Notes: generated by a model not told the origin, from the sequence alone. A stretch of 64,000 nt of DNA from Paramecium tetraurelia (GCA_000165425.1 CT868385.1:310001-374000); one strand, 5' to 3'; shown: positions 1 through 15,894, counted from the stretch's first letter. Translations and numbers: made by a program.

Positions 1-1040
1 TGAGAAATAAATTGTTCATAGGTATTGATATTATAATCAAATCTTAATTAGAGATTTAAAACCAGAGAACATTTTATTGAGTGGATAAGGAGAGGAGATT
101 AAAGTGATTGACTTTGGAACCTCCCGTCATTTTACTCAGAACTTTGATATGAAAAAAAGATTAGGGACTCCTTATTACATAGCCCCAGAAGTCTTAAATC
201 AAAAGTACAATGAAAAAGTAGATATTTGGTCATGCGGGGTCATTCTGTATATTTTCTTGTGTGGTTATCCTCCGTTTGCTGGGAAGACTGATAAAGAGAC
301 TTTGGCAAAGGTCCAAGCAGGGAAGCTTATTTTTGATAGAAATGATTGGTCAACTGTATCAAGTGATGCTCAGGATTTAATTAGCAAGATGTTGAACCTA
401 GATGTTAGTAAAAGATATTCTGCCCTTTAAGCATTAAGACATTGTTGGATTTAAAAAAATGCCAAGTAAGAAATAATCTCTTTACAATTGTTAAGCAATA
501 TTGAAAAGTTTTAGGTTATTATTTATATTATCCTTAGGTATAAAGTAATTTTAAGAAAGCAGTTATGACATATATGGTGAGTTAAACCTTGCATAGTTAA
601 GAAATTAGTGAACTTAAAGCTACTTTTAATGCTCTTGATAAGAATCATGATGGAAACTTAAGTAAGCAAGAATTGATAGCTGGTTACAGAGTTTTGTTAA
701 GGAGTTAAGAATAAGCTGAAGAAAAAGTGAATTAAATTTTAGATACTTTAGATTTAAATCATTCGAATCTTATTGATTATTCAGAGTTTATTATGGGTGC
801 AATGAGAGTAGAAAAATTAGTTTCAATTGAAAGGATTAGATAGGCCTTTCGAATGCTTGATTTAGTAATTTATCGATTTATTCCTAGAATGGAGATGGAT
901 ATATTTCAAAGGATGAACTAGAAGAAGCGATGGGATTCTTAGAACCTGAAATTTGGGAACAATTTTTAAATGATTGTGATCTCAACAAAGATGGGAAGAT
1001 ATCAGAAGAGGAATTTAGTAAAATTTTAACTACAATATGA
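1..1040 (+). CDS. Calcium-dependent protein kinase (CDPK), 5'-truncated by the window edge
   Basis: HRDLKPEN (across intron 22-51), DFG, GTPYYIAPE and DIWSCG motifs, then a junction domain and four EF-hands (DKNHDGNLS, DLNHSNLID, DLNGDGYIS, DLNKDGKIS). Further introns 515-537 and 865-887. TGA at 1038-1040. Confidence 0.95.
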
Positions 1041-1077
1041 TAATAATTTTTTTTTAAATTATCTAACTATATTTACT

Positions 1078-4000
1078 TCATTCTTTTATCCCTAAAGCAC
1101 ATTATAATCTATCCACCAACTTTGGACCTCCAATATCTGAGGCAGTATTTAACATATCTCCTATTCTGCATTTTAAAGATATTATTTCATCTTGCAATTA
1201 CTCTATTAATTAATTAGATTCTTTTTAAGATTTATTTTCGATTAAATTCTCTACGACAGGTTATAGAACTTATTACTTATGATTTGAATTTTCAAATTCT
1301 AACTAGTTTAATCTTTACTCTAAATTTTCTATTGTTTCTTTTAATGATATAATTTTAACTTCATATTCCTTAATCTTCTCACTCATTTTATCATTTGCCA
1401 ATTAGATCCTTTATGTGTATTCTGAATTCTCTATTTACAACTTTTCTAAATTCTCTTTAGCACTTTCTAAAAATTTAATTAAACTTTGCTATTCAACTTC
1501 ACTTTGCTAAAATTGTTATAAGTCTGTCTAGAGTTATTATATCAACTCATCCTATTCTCTTAATTTATTATTATAATTTGAATTCAAATATTAATTGTCT
1601 AATTTACTTTTTTCTTCTATTAATTTGATATCATCATCTTTTTAATTTATCTATCTCTTTAGTTCATTGATGTCTGCTTTATATACTTCAGATTATTATT
1701 CCAAACTTTAGATTTAATTTGTTAAATTTTAAATTTAAAGATTAGAATTACTATTCATTTCATCAACCTATTGTTACCATTTAAGTTTATTATTTTTGTT
1801 TTCCTTATCTAATTCTTACACTTTCTACTATATTTCATTCAACAATTAATTTTAACTCTTTAATGCTATGTTCTATTCTTATATCATAAGTAACTGTTAT
1901 TCCTTTTCTTTCAATGTCTCCTTCAATCCCTCATTTTAAGCTTCAAGGTCTTCTACTTGTTTTTAAATAATTTCTTTTTCCTTTTACCATTCATCGTTTT
2001 CACTGAACAACTATTATTGTAATTCCTACAAATCATTTGTCAATTTGCTAGATATTGAATTTTTTTCGATTTCTAAATTTTTGATTATACCATCCATCTC
2101 TTTTACCTTCTATTATAATGTAGTGATTTAATTTTACTATTATCCAAGCAATTGTTATTATTCTTGGTTTTTTTTATCAACTTATACAAGATGTTATTTC
2201 AAATTATTATGTTAAAGTTCTAATTCTTGATGTTATTATTTTATTGTATTGTTTACTAGCTAAAGATTTTCTATTATAGATTAAGAATTCTAAAGCTAAT
2301 CCTAATTTTAATTTTATTAGGATTCATCAATTTTAATTTTCTATTCTAAGAAAGCTTATTTGGAAATTTTCAATTCCTCTTCTAATTATTAAATCGTAGT
2401 TTAATTATATTCGTTTTGTTTTTAGAATTCTTTTTTATGGAGTTATTCTTACTAATCTAAATTTTGCTTATATTCTTCCATTTAAGCTTTTATTTACTAT
2501 TCTAACTATTTAATCGTTCGTTACTATTCTTATATTTTCTAGTTATTTTCATTTATAATATCTTCATACTCTTTTGCATTTCTTTGTACCTCTTCAGGGA
2601 TCTTTTCTTGAAATGATTATAATTAAAGGTTTAATAAATTGATTTATTCTTGTAACTCAGCATTTTCCTACTGAATTGCCTTTTGCTTTATTTCATATTA
2701 AGATTATTAGAATGTATTTTATTCAATTTAATATTGTTATTCCTAAATTTTATTCAATAATTCTTAATTTTTCTTAGTATAATCTTGAATTATCATATTA
2801 CCTTCTTTAAGTTTGTGGCTTTAATCATTGATAATATTTTCTTATTGCTTGAGTTCATTTAAAAGTTCGTTGATCTTCACATCGGCATTTTTAATTTTGT
2901 TTTATTATGAATTTTAAATCTCTTAAGACTCAGATTCGAAATTCTTTAACTTCAATTGCAATTCTTAATTTAAATTTTATTAATCTTTCAATTGTTTGGT
3001 TTACGTTTAAATGTTGTCCTCATTGATTAATTTCAATTATTAAAATTCATTTTATTTCTATTCCAATTAATTTGTTATTTCATTTACATTTTTCTTTATA
3101 TTTTCATTTTCATGATGTAAGAACTAATTCTAATTTTTTAGATTTTCAATTGCAAGTTTTAGATCATTAATCTCGCAGTTCTTATTTGATAATTGATCAA
3201 TTAAACAATCTTACTAACTTTTACTTCTATCTTTATATTTTTCATCTTGTAATTATATTTAAGAATTCAATAAATCGATTTCTGATTATAACTTATTAAT
3301 TTTAGAATTTATTTAAGAATGTAGTTTTGATAATATATTTGGAAGTTCTGTCTCTTTCTCAAAGTTTTCTTAATTAAGAAACTGTTTCATTAAAATTTAA
3401 GTTTCACCAAAGATATCACTAATTAATTTTTACAATTATGTTAATTATGCCTCACTCGAATGAATACTTTATTTAAGTTATGTTTCTCTAATTGTCTATT
3501 CTTCATTTTTGGACTCTTGAACCTTTAATTATTCTAATTAAACAAGATTTGCTTATTCTAATGAAGCTATCTCTTATTTTAACTATTTTATTTGAGGCAT
3601 TACTCCTTAGTATATACTTTCTGAACAGTTTTTGATTTCTTGAGAGTGCTCCTCTATCATTTTTTCTATTTTCAATTAGGTGTCATTTTGTAATTTTTCA
3701 TATTCAGATATTTTTTATGAATAATCTTACAATTTTTGATTATTTATTTAAGATTCCTTACGGTTTTATTCAGAATCCTATTAAAATTGGATTTTCATTT
3801 AATTCATCTTCTACTATTGATTCAAAAGTTAGGATTATAATTCTTAAATCTACTACTAATATTATTAAATCTATTTTGATTATTGTATATATTTACTTAT
3901 TAATCTATACTCTTTTTTTGATCATTTAATGAGCTACATTAAAAGTGTTACTATTATATCTATTATTCTAATTGTATAATATAATCCTTTTGTTATAAAA

Positions 4001-5267
4001 TCTCATTATTGCTTTCCTCCTTTTATCTATTTAGTGATAGAATTTATTAATTTAATAAATTAATTTAACTTTCTACATCTATTATCCTCTATAATTGTGA
4101 TTAGTTTTTAATAGTTAATTCTTAATTTGCAACATCTTTTTATTTATATATTTCTTGGTTTTCTTGAAGTTTTTCCATAAAAGTCTTTGCATTTTCTTTT
4201 TCAATTAAAAATGCCTCTTTAACAGTGTTAAACTCATCTTGCAAACCTGAATACAATTATAAAGTCGATTGATATTATTTAGATAGATTTTCTTTACTTA
4301 TTTCAGATTCTTGTAAGGCCTCTTTTAGTTATTATGCTCTTTTATCATAATCCAGAATTTAGTCCTAATATTTATTGATATTGATGCTGTTATCTAATTA
4401 ACGCTTCAAATTTTGAAACTATTAAATTAATTCATCCTTCAACAGCTTTTCTTTTTGAATTTCTTGGATTAATAAATTATTTTGATCCTTGATTTCAGCA
4501 TTAACCTTTCTTAATTCACCTAATTCATCGCTTAATTATTAAATGTTTATTTAAGATAAAGGACTTGGAGCTAAAGGACTAACCTGCTTAGCTAAATTTA
4601 TCGCTTACTCTTTATCGCTTAATTATTGAGTGTTATTTGAATTTTATTTAGAAGAATCATCAATTTATAAAGGTTTAATCTATTGAGATTCAATACTGTT
4701 TTTCTTGGCTGTGCTTTCAGTTTCTAATTTATCTTGAGTCTATCCTGGCTACTTTTTATCAGTAGTTTGTTCATCTGCGATTGATTAAGCTGTACTAATT
4801 GTGTCAATATCAACTTCTCCTAATAGTATAAATTTAATTTTTGTGAAAAGTTTTGCATGCTTATCAGGACACTTATCTAAATGAAATTACTCATAGACAT
4901 CTATGTTTGCCATTAAAAATACCATTTTTTTGTTGATTCAAATATGTTGAGAAATCTATTGAACATTAGCCTGCTGCCTTATTACCTTTATCAGTAATAA
5001 TAACAACTGTTAGTAATGCTTTTTTCTCTTAATAAATTCCATTCACTTAAAAAATATTACTCTATAATGACAATGTTTCATTTATGCATGCAGTACCTTT
5101 ATTGAAATCTGCTAATTATTATGTTTCAACTTTTTAATTTCCTATGTCACTTATATTTAAGCATTACCTCTTTTTAAATGTACCTGCATTTTACATTGAA
5201 AATTTATATTAATTTAAACCTTCTCAACATGAATGTTCAATTAGTATTTATATCCTTTAGCGTTCAT
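1078..5267 (-). CDS. Large coiled-coil protein with N-terminal NT-C2 (EEIG1/EHBP1-like) domain
   Basis: Starts MNAKGYKYQLNIHVEKVQINIKFQCKMQVHLKRGNQKVET...INETLSL (NT-C2-like), followed by over 1000 aa of Q/E/K/L heptad-rich sequence. Ends ...LQCALGIKE-TGA. A few tiny introns near the 5' end. Confidence 0.75.
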
Positions 5268-6426
5268 GTTAATATAAATATATAATTTAAAAATTTATCA
5301 GCTTTAAAATTCATATAATTCTATAAATGTATTATTTATAATCACGACTTTATATATATTTGATATTTTTTCATACGGCATAAATTGTACTATCTACATA
5401 AATTTAAGTCAGGTATAAGTGCTTATTCTAATGTTCCCAAAGAAAAATTTCGTTTTTATTAGATCTGTTTCCATGTTTTTAATAAATTTGCTTATTTTAC
5501 GCTGTAATTGAAGTAAAGCAATTATTGAATAATACATGTTTTGTTGAATTTTTTTGTTACCTAATCAAATCATTAAGGTAGAAATTACAAATTTACTTAG
5601 CAATGTAACTAAGGACAGTATAGTACTAAGATTTATGATTTCTTTTAGTCAAAATTGGTTTATTAACAGTAGTTGAAAATTGAAACTGAGATGCATAAAT
5701 TAATAGAATAGCTATGGTTGTTCTTACTGATAAAGATTACCAAATTTGATTAAATAATTTTGAGGTTTTAGTGTGAAATTATAATGCTATTGCAATAATT
5801 AAAAAATTGAAATTTATTCATTTAACTTAATATTTACGAACCACTTAATTTCTAAATTTACTTTTGCAATTTTATGGTTGAATCGTTATGAACATAAAAT
5901 CATATATATATCATTAATTAAATATTGATTAAAGACCTCTATCTTGATTATAATAAGATAAAATATTAATAATTTTATTTTTGATTTATATTTAAAAGGA
6001 TAAAATTGACTACATGATTGAAAATACTTAAAGTAATCAAATTTTAATTTATGATCATAATGGTTTGTAAGATTATCTAAATCAATGCATAAAGCATACA
6101 ATATTTGAAAGCCTATTTAGGGACAAATAAATGAAACAATTATATTATGTAATCCTTGTTTATAAATTTATAAGCAATCATTCATTTACAAATTTATTTT
6201 CTAAAATATTTATCATAAAATTTTATCATCCTTTAGTGTTTTAATTTTATTAAATTAAACTGTTTTAATTGGATTACTAATGCTGAATTTCTTGTTAAAA
6301 CCCAATATCTAAATTTTGACTTAGAAATTATAAAAAAAGAATTTCAAATTTTCACTCTCAAAATTTTTATTAATAATTAGCATTATATTATTAATATTAA
6401 CATAAATAATTAATAAAAATTTTTAA

Positions 6427-7038
6427 TCATGCTCTCATTTATCTTTTTCTAATAAAATTTCTTCTTATTTCATTGTCTACAAATAGGTAGTGATTTCTAG
6501 CAGAAATTTAGTGACTGTAAACAAAACTCTTTTCATCCTTAATATCTTTATTTGCAAAATCTAAATACTCATTAAGATTCTTGAAGTGATGATTTATTAG
6601 GGTTTTCCAATTAGTATTCGTTATATGGTTTTTTATTTCTAAATTTTCTAGCAAGGAAGCATATTTTGATTCTTGTTCTTATAGCCTATTTTTTTCTTTA
6701 GAAAACGAATCTTTAACTTGTTACAATGTTTATAGAACCCCTTCTTCAAGTACGCCGATGTCAGATATAAGACTGCCTAGTCTGCTGTTTCTTGTTTATC
6801 TTCTCACCAAGACACTCTTAGAGCATTAATATTAATGTTGCTTTGAAAGACTTGGAGAGCGAAATTAATTTAAATAGAATTCATGTTCTAAAGGTGGTAA
6901 TTTGACTTATGCTTGGATTTGATCGACAAACAATTAAACATCTTTTTTTGATTTAAATTTAGTTGCCTATTTCGGAGTTGTGCTTTTTTTCTATCTTTTA
7001 TAATTAAAGCATATTTCAGCATATGTATCATCAAGCAT
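6427..7038 (-). CDS. Hypothetical protein (203 aa, apparently intronless)
   Basis: ATG at 7038 and TGA at 6427 are in the same frame with TAR=Gln (MLDDTYAEICFNYKDRKKAQLR...RKRQMRA). Confidence 0.7.
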
Positions 7039-7546
7039 TTTAGTTATTTACAATATTTTTATAACTTATTCACTTTAGCTAAATATTATCAAATATACTA
7101 CAATTTTAATATAGAAAAAGATTAACTTTTAATATTTATCTTTGACTCTTTATGCAAAAATATCAATTTCTGATTTCAAGTCAAATAACTAAAAGAAATT
7201 AAGTCATTTGTAAAAAGAAATCAATATAATCTATAATTAAAGTTCCTTTGAATTTTAATTAATCAGTATTTTAAACATCATTTAAGAAAACATTATTATA
7301 TTTTTCAGTCATTCTTTATATTTTGAAATATATTAACAATATTATTATATGTCTCTTAATTTAGGATGATTTTCTTTCATATGCCCTAACCCATCTTTTA
7401 TTTATGAATAATTTAATTAACTTAGGTCTGATAATTATCATCTTTTTCCCTAAATAAATTGAGAATTAATTTTCTGGGTATATATATTTATGATAAATCA
7501 ATATGTTGTAAATCAAAATATAAACAAAATTTAATTTCATTTTTAA

Positions 7547-8902
7547 TCATTAGAAATAAGGCCATAACTTTTATTATAAATTTATTTTAGTTCTGGAGAG
7601 TGTTGCATCACTTGGTAAGGTTTTAATTCTAGTAGAATTACAGATTTATGAGTCTTATTTCATTATCTTTAGTTATTTATTTATAAACTAACTCTACCTA
7701 CAAGTTAATTGAATTTGTTTAGGCAAATTATCTGAAGATTTTGATTGAATTAACTATTATGTAGTTCTGCCAATTTCAACGCTCCTTTTTTAAGCAAGAA
7801 AATACTAATTAAAGTCATTTAAACTAGGTTAATTGAGGTTTGGTAATTTTTAGTCAAAAATATTATTTTTTTTTTTATTGTTTTTAGTTTTATCAATGAC
7901 ATATTGTGCAATAACACTATGAGATTCTCTTCTTGTAAAAATGTTGTGATTTTACTCGTAGTGTAATCTGGGAGTTAGATATTAATGATGGTCGGCATTA
8001 GCGATTTGTAATTTACTAAATTATGTTTTTTTAAATTAAAGTTTAGATATGGTGACAGGAGAAGATTCGCAAGATGAATCAAATTAATCCTTAAAGTTTA
8101 GATTATAAATGAATACAAATTTCTTTGCCATGACCTCTTGAAATTTCAATAATTTGTCCCTTGATACAAAAACACTATTTTTTGGTTCTTGTATGCAGGT
8201 TCTTCTTCTTAGGATGAGATGAGAATTTCTCTTTCTTTGGAACAACAAATTGATTTTCCGTTCTAGTTCAGGCTCCAATTTGGTGATAGGACCTTCATAT
8301 TTTTGATCACAATTAGTTTTGGCTCTTTTATGAGTTATTTTTTGAATTGCTGGTAATGGTAAACTCCTGCTTCTTTGTTGGCGATATAGCTTTTTCTGAT
8401 TAGCTCTTTGCATAAATTCTAATTAGTCATAAATCATACTATACTGCATTTTTAATCTATTCATTTTCTTTTTCTTCAAGACTGCTGCATCTTTGGAATG
8501 CTGAAATACTTAAATTGAAGGAGCTATATTGTTTAGTCTTTTTTATTTTGAGCCTACATACTCAAATTAACTGATTCTTCTTATCAAACACTTTTTGACA
8601 GGAGTCTCAGGGACAACATGACTAGTAGTTGAAACTGCATCAGCAATTTCTACTTTGTCAGATCTAGATGATCTTCTTGCTGACTATTGAAAGTGTGCTG
8701 TATTTGGTACAATTAGGTTAGTTCTATATTTGGGTTATTATCTCTATTATTGATTAGATTGAAGCATAGAATTTGATGGTAATTCAAAAGATCGAGAATG
8801 CCAACTCTAAACATTCCTCAACCCTGAAAATTTAGATTTCTGTGGTAGTAGATTCAGGTTGCTCCTATTTTATCTAGTCTCCTTAAAATTGATTTTTAAC
8901 AT
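7547..8902 (-). CDS. Hypothetical basic, S/Q-rich protein
   Basis: Starts MLKINFKETRQNRSNLNLLPQKSKF. Contains ORF-track fragment 8084-8413. Ends ...QQKLWPYFQ-TGA; the terminal frame is inferred. Confidence 0.65.
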
Positions 8903-9052
8903 TAAATTTTATATATTCAAAAATAGCATTAATTTTAGACATCTGTTAAAACTTGTCATTTAGATTTATAATGATCTTTTGGATTTTGATATCAAATATT
9001 TTCTTAATCTGAAAAATCAATATCAAATTTTAAGTATTATTTATAATTAATT

Positions 9053-9386
9053 ATGAGTGTAATTAAAGGAATTGCAAGGGCTAATTTGAAATTGGTGGAG
9101 TTGGTTCAAACAGGGTATATTATTCATGGAAAAAGTGTAGAGGAAAGAATGATGAATTTTGACAGAATCATTTCAGAACACAGTAATATTGAGATTTATT
9201 CGATTAGATAGGAAACATGACAAATAATGGCTATTTCATGATACAAGATTATACGAAATTCCTAGACCCTCTAGATACAAAGATCTTTATTAAAGAGAAT
9301 TGAAAAGAAGGAACGATAGAAGAACAATTGCATTCCTTTGTAAACATGTTATGGCTGAAAAGAATGTTAAAATACCTATGAAATGA
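9053..9386 (+). CDS. Probable mitochondrial ribosomal protein bS21m
   Basis: 102 aa after a 25-nt intron (9183-9207): ...SVEERMMNFDRIISEH...TRLYEIPRPSRYKDLYQRELKRR... Size, basic composition and the VEE..(L/F).R..R.YE.P..R pattern resemble bS21/MRPS21. Confidence 0.55.
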
Positions 9387-9411
9387 GTCAATATATAAAT
9401 ATAATAAATAT

Positions 9412-10048
9412 ATGATGTAAAATAAGGATGGCTTATTCTTTTAGAGTCAATTCTATGTGGCAAAGTTGTGTGAGCCTATAAGTTTGATTGAATATGTGTT
9501 GGATGATGTATAACCAAAATAACAGATAGTTCAAAAAATGCCACAAGGCCTTTAAGTTTCAGATCGATAATAAAAAATGAACCTTCCAAAGGAAAAGAGT
9601 ATTGAATTGCTGAGATAATCTAGATAGTCAATCCATCCAAATCTAATGCGGCTCATCATACTTAATAAAGTAAAAATAGCAAATAAGAATCTACTTCTAA
9701 AGGCAAAAACTGGATTATAAAGAAATTAAAAGAAGACAAGTAAACTTAGTAAGTAGTCACTTGTTTGCCTAATTTGCCTAAACCCATCTAAAATCAAGGG
9801 AAGTTATTCTCTAATACAGCTTCTAAATAGATTAAATAGAGATTGAACAAATTCGTAGTTGATTAGAAAAAGAATCAATTCCTCTTACAAAATGAAATTT
9901 TGTAAGGACAATATTCTTCAATTTATCATTTAAGTAATATTATTATTGAAATAATAAAGATAGATACAAATCAGACTCTCCAAAATAATTGCCGATTTAC
10001 GATGTTAATTTTAATACGAACTTTTAATAATTTTTCTTTTGGTACTGA
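9412..10048 (+). CDS. Hypothetical protein, exon structure unresolved (possibly decaying)
   Basis: Coding-like 5' part (MMQNKDGLFFQSQFYVAKL) and 3' part (KNWIIKKLKEDK...QQFFFWY-TGA), with intron-like segments at 9599-9623 and about 9933-9958. No single consistent frame found. Confidence 0.35.
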
Positions 10049-10296
10049 GTATATTCAATAATTCTTATATTTTTTATTTCTATTACTAAATTCATTTTCA
10101 AACTGAAACACAAACTCTCTCTTTATATATTGAATTCACTATAAATTGTATATTTTATAGAATCAAAAAAATATAGAGAATTATAGATTATATCATAGAT
10201 TTTGTGATAAATAGAATAATATATAAGTTAAATATTATCAAATCAATGACGATTAGGAAGTTTAATCTTAGGATAATATTTAGAAAATACCAGTAT

Positions 10297-11793
<1,497 letters not shown>

Positions 11794-11811
11794 TTTATTA
11801 ATAAATTTAAT

Positions 11812-12851
11812 ATGTTAAACAATTTAATAACTATCATAGCAGAATGTCAAATCAACTTAGAACAAATAAAGCAGCTCTTTATTGACCCCCATTAGGCATT
11901 CCAGATGCTATCCTCCAATGGACACGATATCGACCAGTCCGATATCAAAAGATTTATATCTCTAAATGACGAGGAAATCAAACATCTAATCAGCCAATTC
12001 AATTCCAACTCCCAAACACGATTTACATATCCAGAGTACATTTCATCATAATATACTTAGTTTTATTAATTCTCTGAAACTGAATAACAACACGCATGTC
12101 AAAGAGGCACTCATCAAACTTTTATAATAGGAGGCAATCAATTTTAAGTAAATTCAATGTGTTTTCCATAGATTTTAGTAAAGTTTAAATACTCAAAGAA
12201 GATGGCAATTTCAATCCTACTGAATTGTTTCATTAAATTGATTAGTTTGGTAAAGGCTACATTACAAGCAGGACCTTAAAAAAATGTACAAATTTATCTA
12301 ACGACTACATCTCTGCCTTTTTTAGATTTCTCAATAAAGACAGTGATGGCAGAATATTCGAAAGTGAATTTTTATCTGCCTTCAAATCCTCACAAAAACA
12401 ACAATTAGCTGTGTAATACAAAGACTTGAGATAAAGTCAAGAGAAAGAAAAATAGATTATTTAATAATGCTAATAGATCTAATAAAATCTGTAAATGAGT
12501 GAGGAGAAAAATAGTCAATCCAGGATTAAATAAGTCTAACAGTTGTTATAGAGCAGATAAAATCTAGAAAGATCCAAGGGATAAACCTCCTATTCTTCTT
12601 TACTAAAAGTAAGGTAGCAATTGTTGTAAATCGACAATATTAGAAGGAACTCTTAACGGGAGACATTTGAAAGACTTCTCAAATACCAACATCAACTAAT
12701 CAAAAATATCAAAGAGAAAAACGAAGAGACCACTCAAAAATAAAAAAATCTTAGTAGTCTCCATGATTAATTGTATACTATGAGAACGCAACAAGACTTA
12801 AGTCTCAAGAGAAAAAGAGAGTATAGCATTCATAGCTAATCTTAATTATGA
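11812..12851 (+). CDS. EF-hand-containing protein with C-terminal coiled coil
   Basis: Starts MLNNLITIIAECQINLEQIKQLF. EF-hand-like loops IDQFGKGYIT and NKDSDGRIFESEF, then a Q-rich tail. TGA at 12849-12851. Confidence 0.75.
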
Positions 12852-12991
12852 TTAATTTTTTTTATGGACTATTTTTACAAATTTTAATGTCTCCTCTATA
12901 ATTTTGATAAAGCCTCTCATCTTCAAATTGGTCTAAGTTATAATAAATTAGTTAATAAGATAATTTTTAGATTAGATTTATAATATTTACA

Positions 12992-14608
12992 ATGAATAAC
13001 ATTAAAGCCTCATATACTTTATTTGCTTTCATTAGGAATTGGAGATTTCGATCCCAAGTTTTGTGTGCATAAACTATTTTTATCATCATAGTAATCTTGA
13101 TTGGAACAGGGTACTTTATATTTGCCTAAAGTTTTCTAATTTAGGAAATCTCTCATTAGTCTTTTATTATATTGGCATAAAGAATTCTTAGTAAACAAAG
13201 TTATATATATTCTGTTTTGAATAAAAAATAATTACAGTAAGGGTTGATGTTAACTAATACAACATTGAAAGTTATTAATTCATTATTTGAATAATAATAA
13301 AGCACGAACATTAGATTTTAATATCATATTAATAGTTGTGATGAGTTTGAAAGTCCCTCAAGTTTTTTCTCTTAATTTGCTAATAGTTCTTGTTATTGTT
13401 ATGGAATGCCATACAACGCTACCGAATACTCTTAACACCAAGATAAAATGTCTCTAGGAAATTTACTAATATAAACAGCTCTGATACAAAATAAACTTTA
13501 TCGAACCTATTTTGCATCCAATACAAAAGATTAATTTTACGTTTTTTAACCATGCAAATATTATCCATCAACTTATAATCCTTCATTTAGACCCTGGTAT
13601 ATTTACCATAATCAGAGTCTAAATGAGGTTTAAAACTCATAACCCTATTTTGCATTCAGCGGAGGTATCACTTTAACTAAAACTCTTAATCTCAGAGGAC
13701 TTAACAATGAAGTCAAGGGCGTCATTGGGACTGATATTATAATGAAAATCTTTTTTCCTTAAGATGAATCATATCCTTATAATTTTGTTCTAATTGATTC
13801 TGATGGTCATATACTTTTGAGCAATCATTACACTATAAATTCAACGATCGTTGACTTATATTATAATTAATCAGTCACAGGATTTGATTCTTAAGATTTT
13901 TAAACTATTATGAATTTTTCAAAGGGATTAAATTATGAAAATTACTGTGAGATTCCAATTAATCAAACCTTATGTCTACTTGACAAAACTAATAACAAAG
14001 ATTACTATGTAAAAGTGTAGAAATTAGATTAGGAAAATTATTATTTAATTAGTAAATTCGATTAAGCTTAATACAAGAGTAATGTTGATATGTTGATTGA
14101 TGAAGTAAATGCATAAAGCTAGAAAATCATTTAAGATTTTGTGTTAGGTATATTGATTTCTCTTTTGTTGTGTGGTTGTTGTTATTTAGTCACAATATTT
14201 ATTTTAGAAAAGCCATTATATAAATTAATGAATCTATCCCTTAGACGGAATTAAATGCTCTCATCTATTTTTTAATAAATAAAATTGTAACACTTTACTA
14301 ATGATACCATAGATAAATTGGCAGATGCATTTACAGGATTAATAAACTACGACAATCGTTTAAAAAATACATTTAATAACTCAACTAAATAAGAATTAGA
14401 GGAAATATTCAGTTATTTGCCTTAGAATATAACTGTTACTCGAACTTTATTATTACTTATCTAAGAAAAGCTACCTGTAAATATTATTAATATTTATTGA
14501 TAGGATTATAAAAAATAGAATAAATCACTTTTCTATTTAAATACGCTTGATAACCTTAAAGAAATCAAAGAATTCTTGATAAATGAAAGAAAAATTCTTT
14601 CAATCTGA
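12992..14608 (+). CDS. Transmembrane dCache-domain receptor-like protein with HAMP-like segment (538 aa, intronless)
   Basis: TM1 (TIFIIIVILIGTGYFIF), Cache motif YNPSFRPWY (13574-13600) ... KGVIGTDI, TM2 (FVLGILISLLLCGCCYLVTIFIL), then PLYKL ... DTIDKLADAFTGL. Confidence 0.8.
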
Positions 14609-14644
14609 TTTCGTTTATTTTTATAATATTTAAATTAAACGTTA

Positions 14645-15854
14645 ATGATTAAGGCGACATCCAGTGTTCATATTTAGAAGGTACAAATGACAGTTCCTCA
14701 AATGAATCCATTCTAAGGATAAGTTAGATTGAGTAACCCTTATACAGATGCCCCCAGCACTCCATAAAAATAATTTATAAATTAATAAATGAGAGGGTCA
14801 ATTACTATATCCACTCCAAATAAGACACAACAAGCATTTTATTTGAAAGAAAATAACATTAATATTGAAAGCAAAGTTTAGTCTTTACTCAATGAGAATT
14901 GCATTTTAAATTAACAATTAGAAAAAGCTAGATTTGAAATAGAAAACTATCAATAACAAAATGAACAATTTTAAGAAATCAAAAAAAGAGTATCGAAACT
15001 CGAACAGCTTATAGATACTTAGTAAACTGAAATTGAAAAATGGAAATTAAAATATTAAAGAGCGGCTGCTGGGGAAACTGATATATAAAAAATGGAAGGT
15101 CAAATTTTAAATGTTATAGAAGAAAATGAAAGATTGAATTAGTTGATTTAAACTATGAATGAATAATTGGCTGAATAAAATAACCAAATTACTTCATTAT
15201 CGAATACGATATTATAATAAGATATAGAATTGAAAAAATCTAAAAAGAGTGTTGAAAAAACAAATAAGCAAGCTATTCCATGGAGTGCGTTTTAAAACGA
15301 TAGAAAAGGAGCAAAATAACCAGAAATTCATTTTATTAAAGGCAAATAAAATGATTTAGAATAAAATGCTTTGAGTAAAAAGAATGAATAAAATTGCAAA
15401 TAATGTTAATAAAAATGCAATTAAGATGTGATTCAATTATAGCAATAAACAACTTAACTTTAGAATGAAAATTAATAATTATTAGTCAAAATAAATGAAC
15501 TAGAAACTAAATTATAGAGTCAAAATGGTGAATAAACAGTAAATTAAGGAGAAGTTTAAAATACTTTGAATATTAATAGTTTAATAATTGAGTTATAAGA
15601 AGTAAATGATAAATATATTTTAGTAAGTACAAAATTAATAACAGTTTGTTTAAGAGGAGATGATAAAGCATTAATAATGTTAATAATAAATGGAAATGAT
15701 TAAAGAATAATTGAAATAATTTGAATCATTTTTTAAATCCTTAAATACATAGGTTTAAAATGATCAAATTAAATTTAATGGTTAGCTTTACAATTAATTT
15801 TAAACGGGATCTGAGAATTGTTTAAGAATTCTTGAATAATTAAAAAATAAATGA
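14645..15854 (+). CDS. Coiled-coil protein
   Basis: Starts MIKATSSVHIQKVQMTVPQMNPF, followed by long Q/E/K heptads. One 22-nt intron near 15623. TGA at 15852-15854. Confidence 0.75.
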
Positions 15855-15894
15855 TATTTCATATTGTTTTAGTTTATTAATTTTAATCAAAATA

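Noticed and set aside
9855..9900. In-frame TGA codons suggesting UGA=Trp or an ambiguous code
   Set aside because: Conserved Trp residues in cathepsin, CDPK, CHFR and the MORN protein are all TGG, and another frame is open across this segment.
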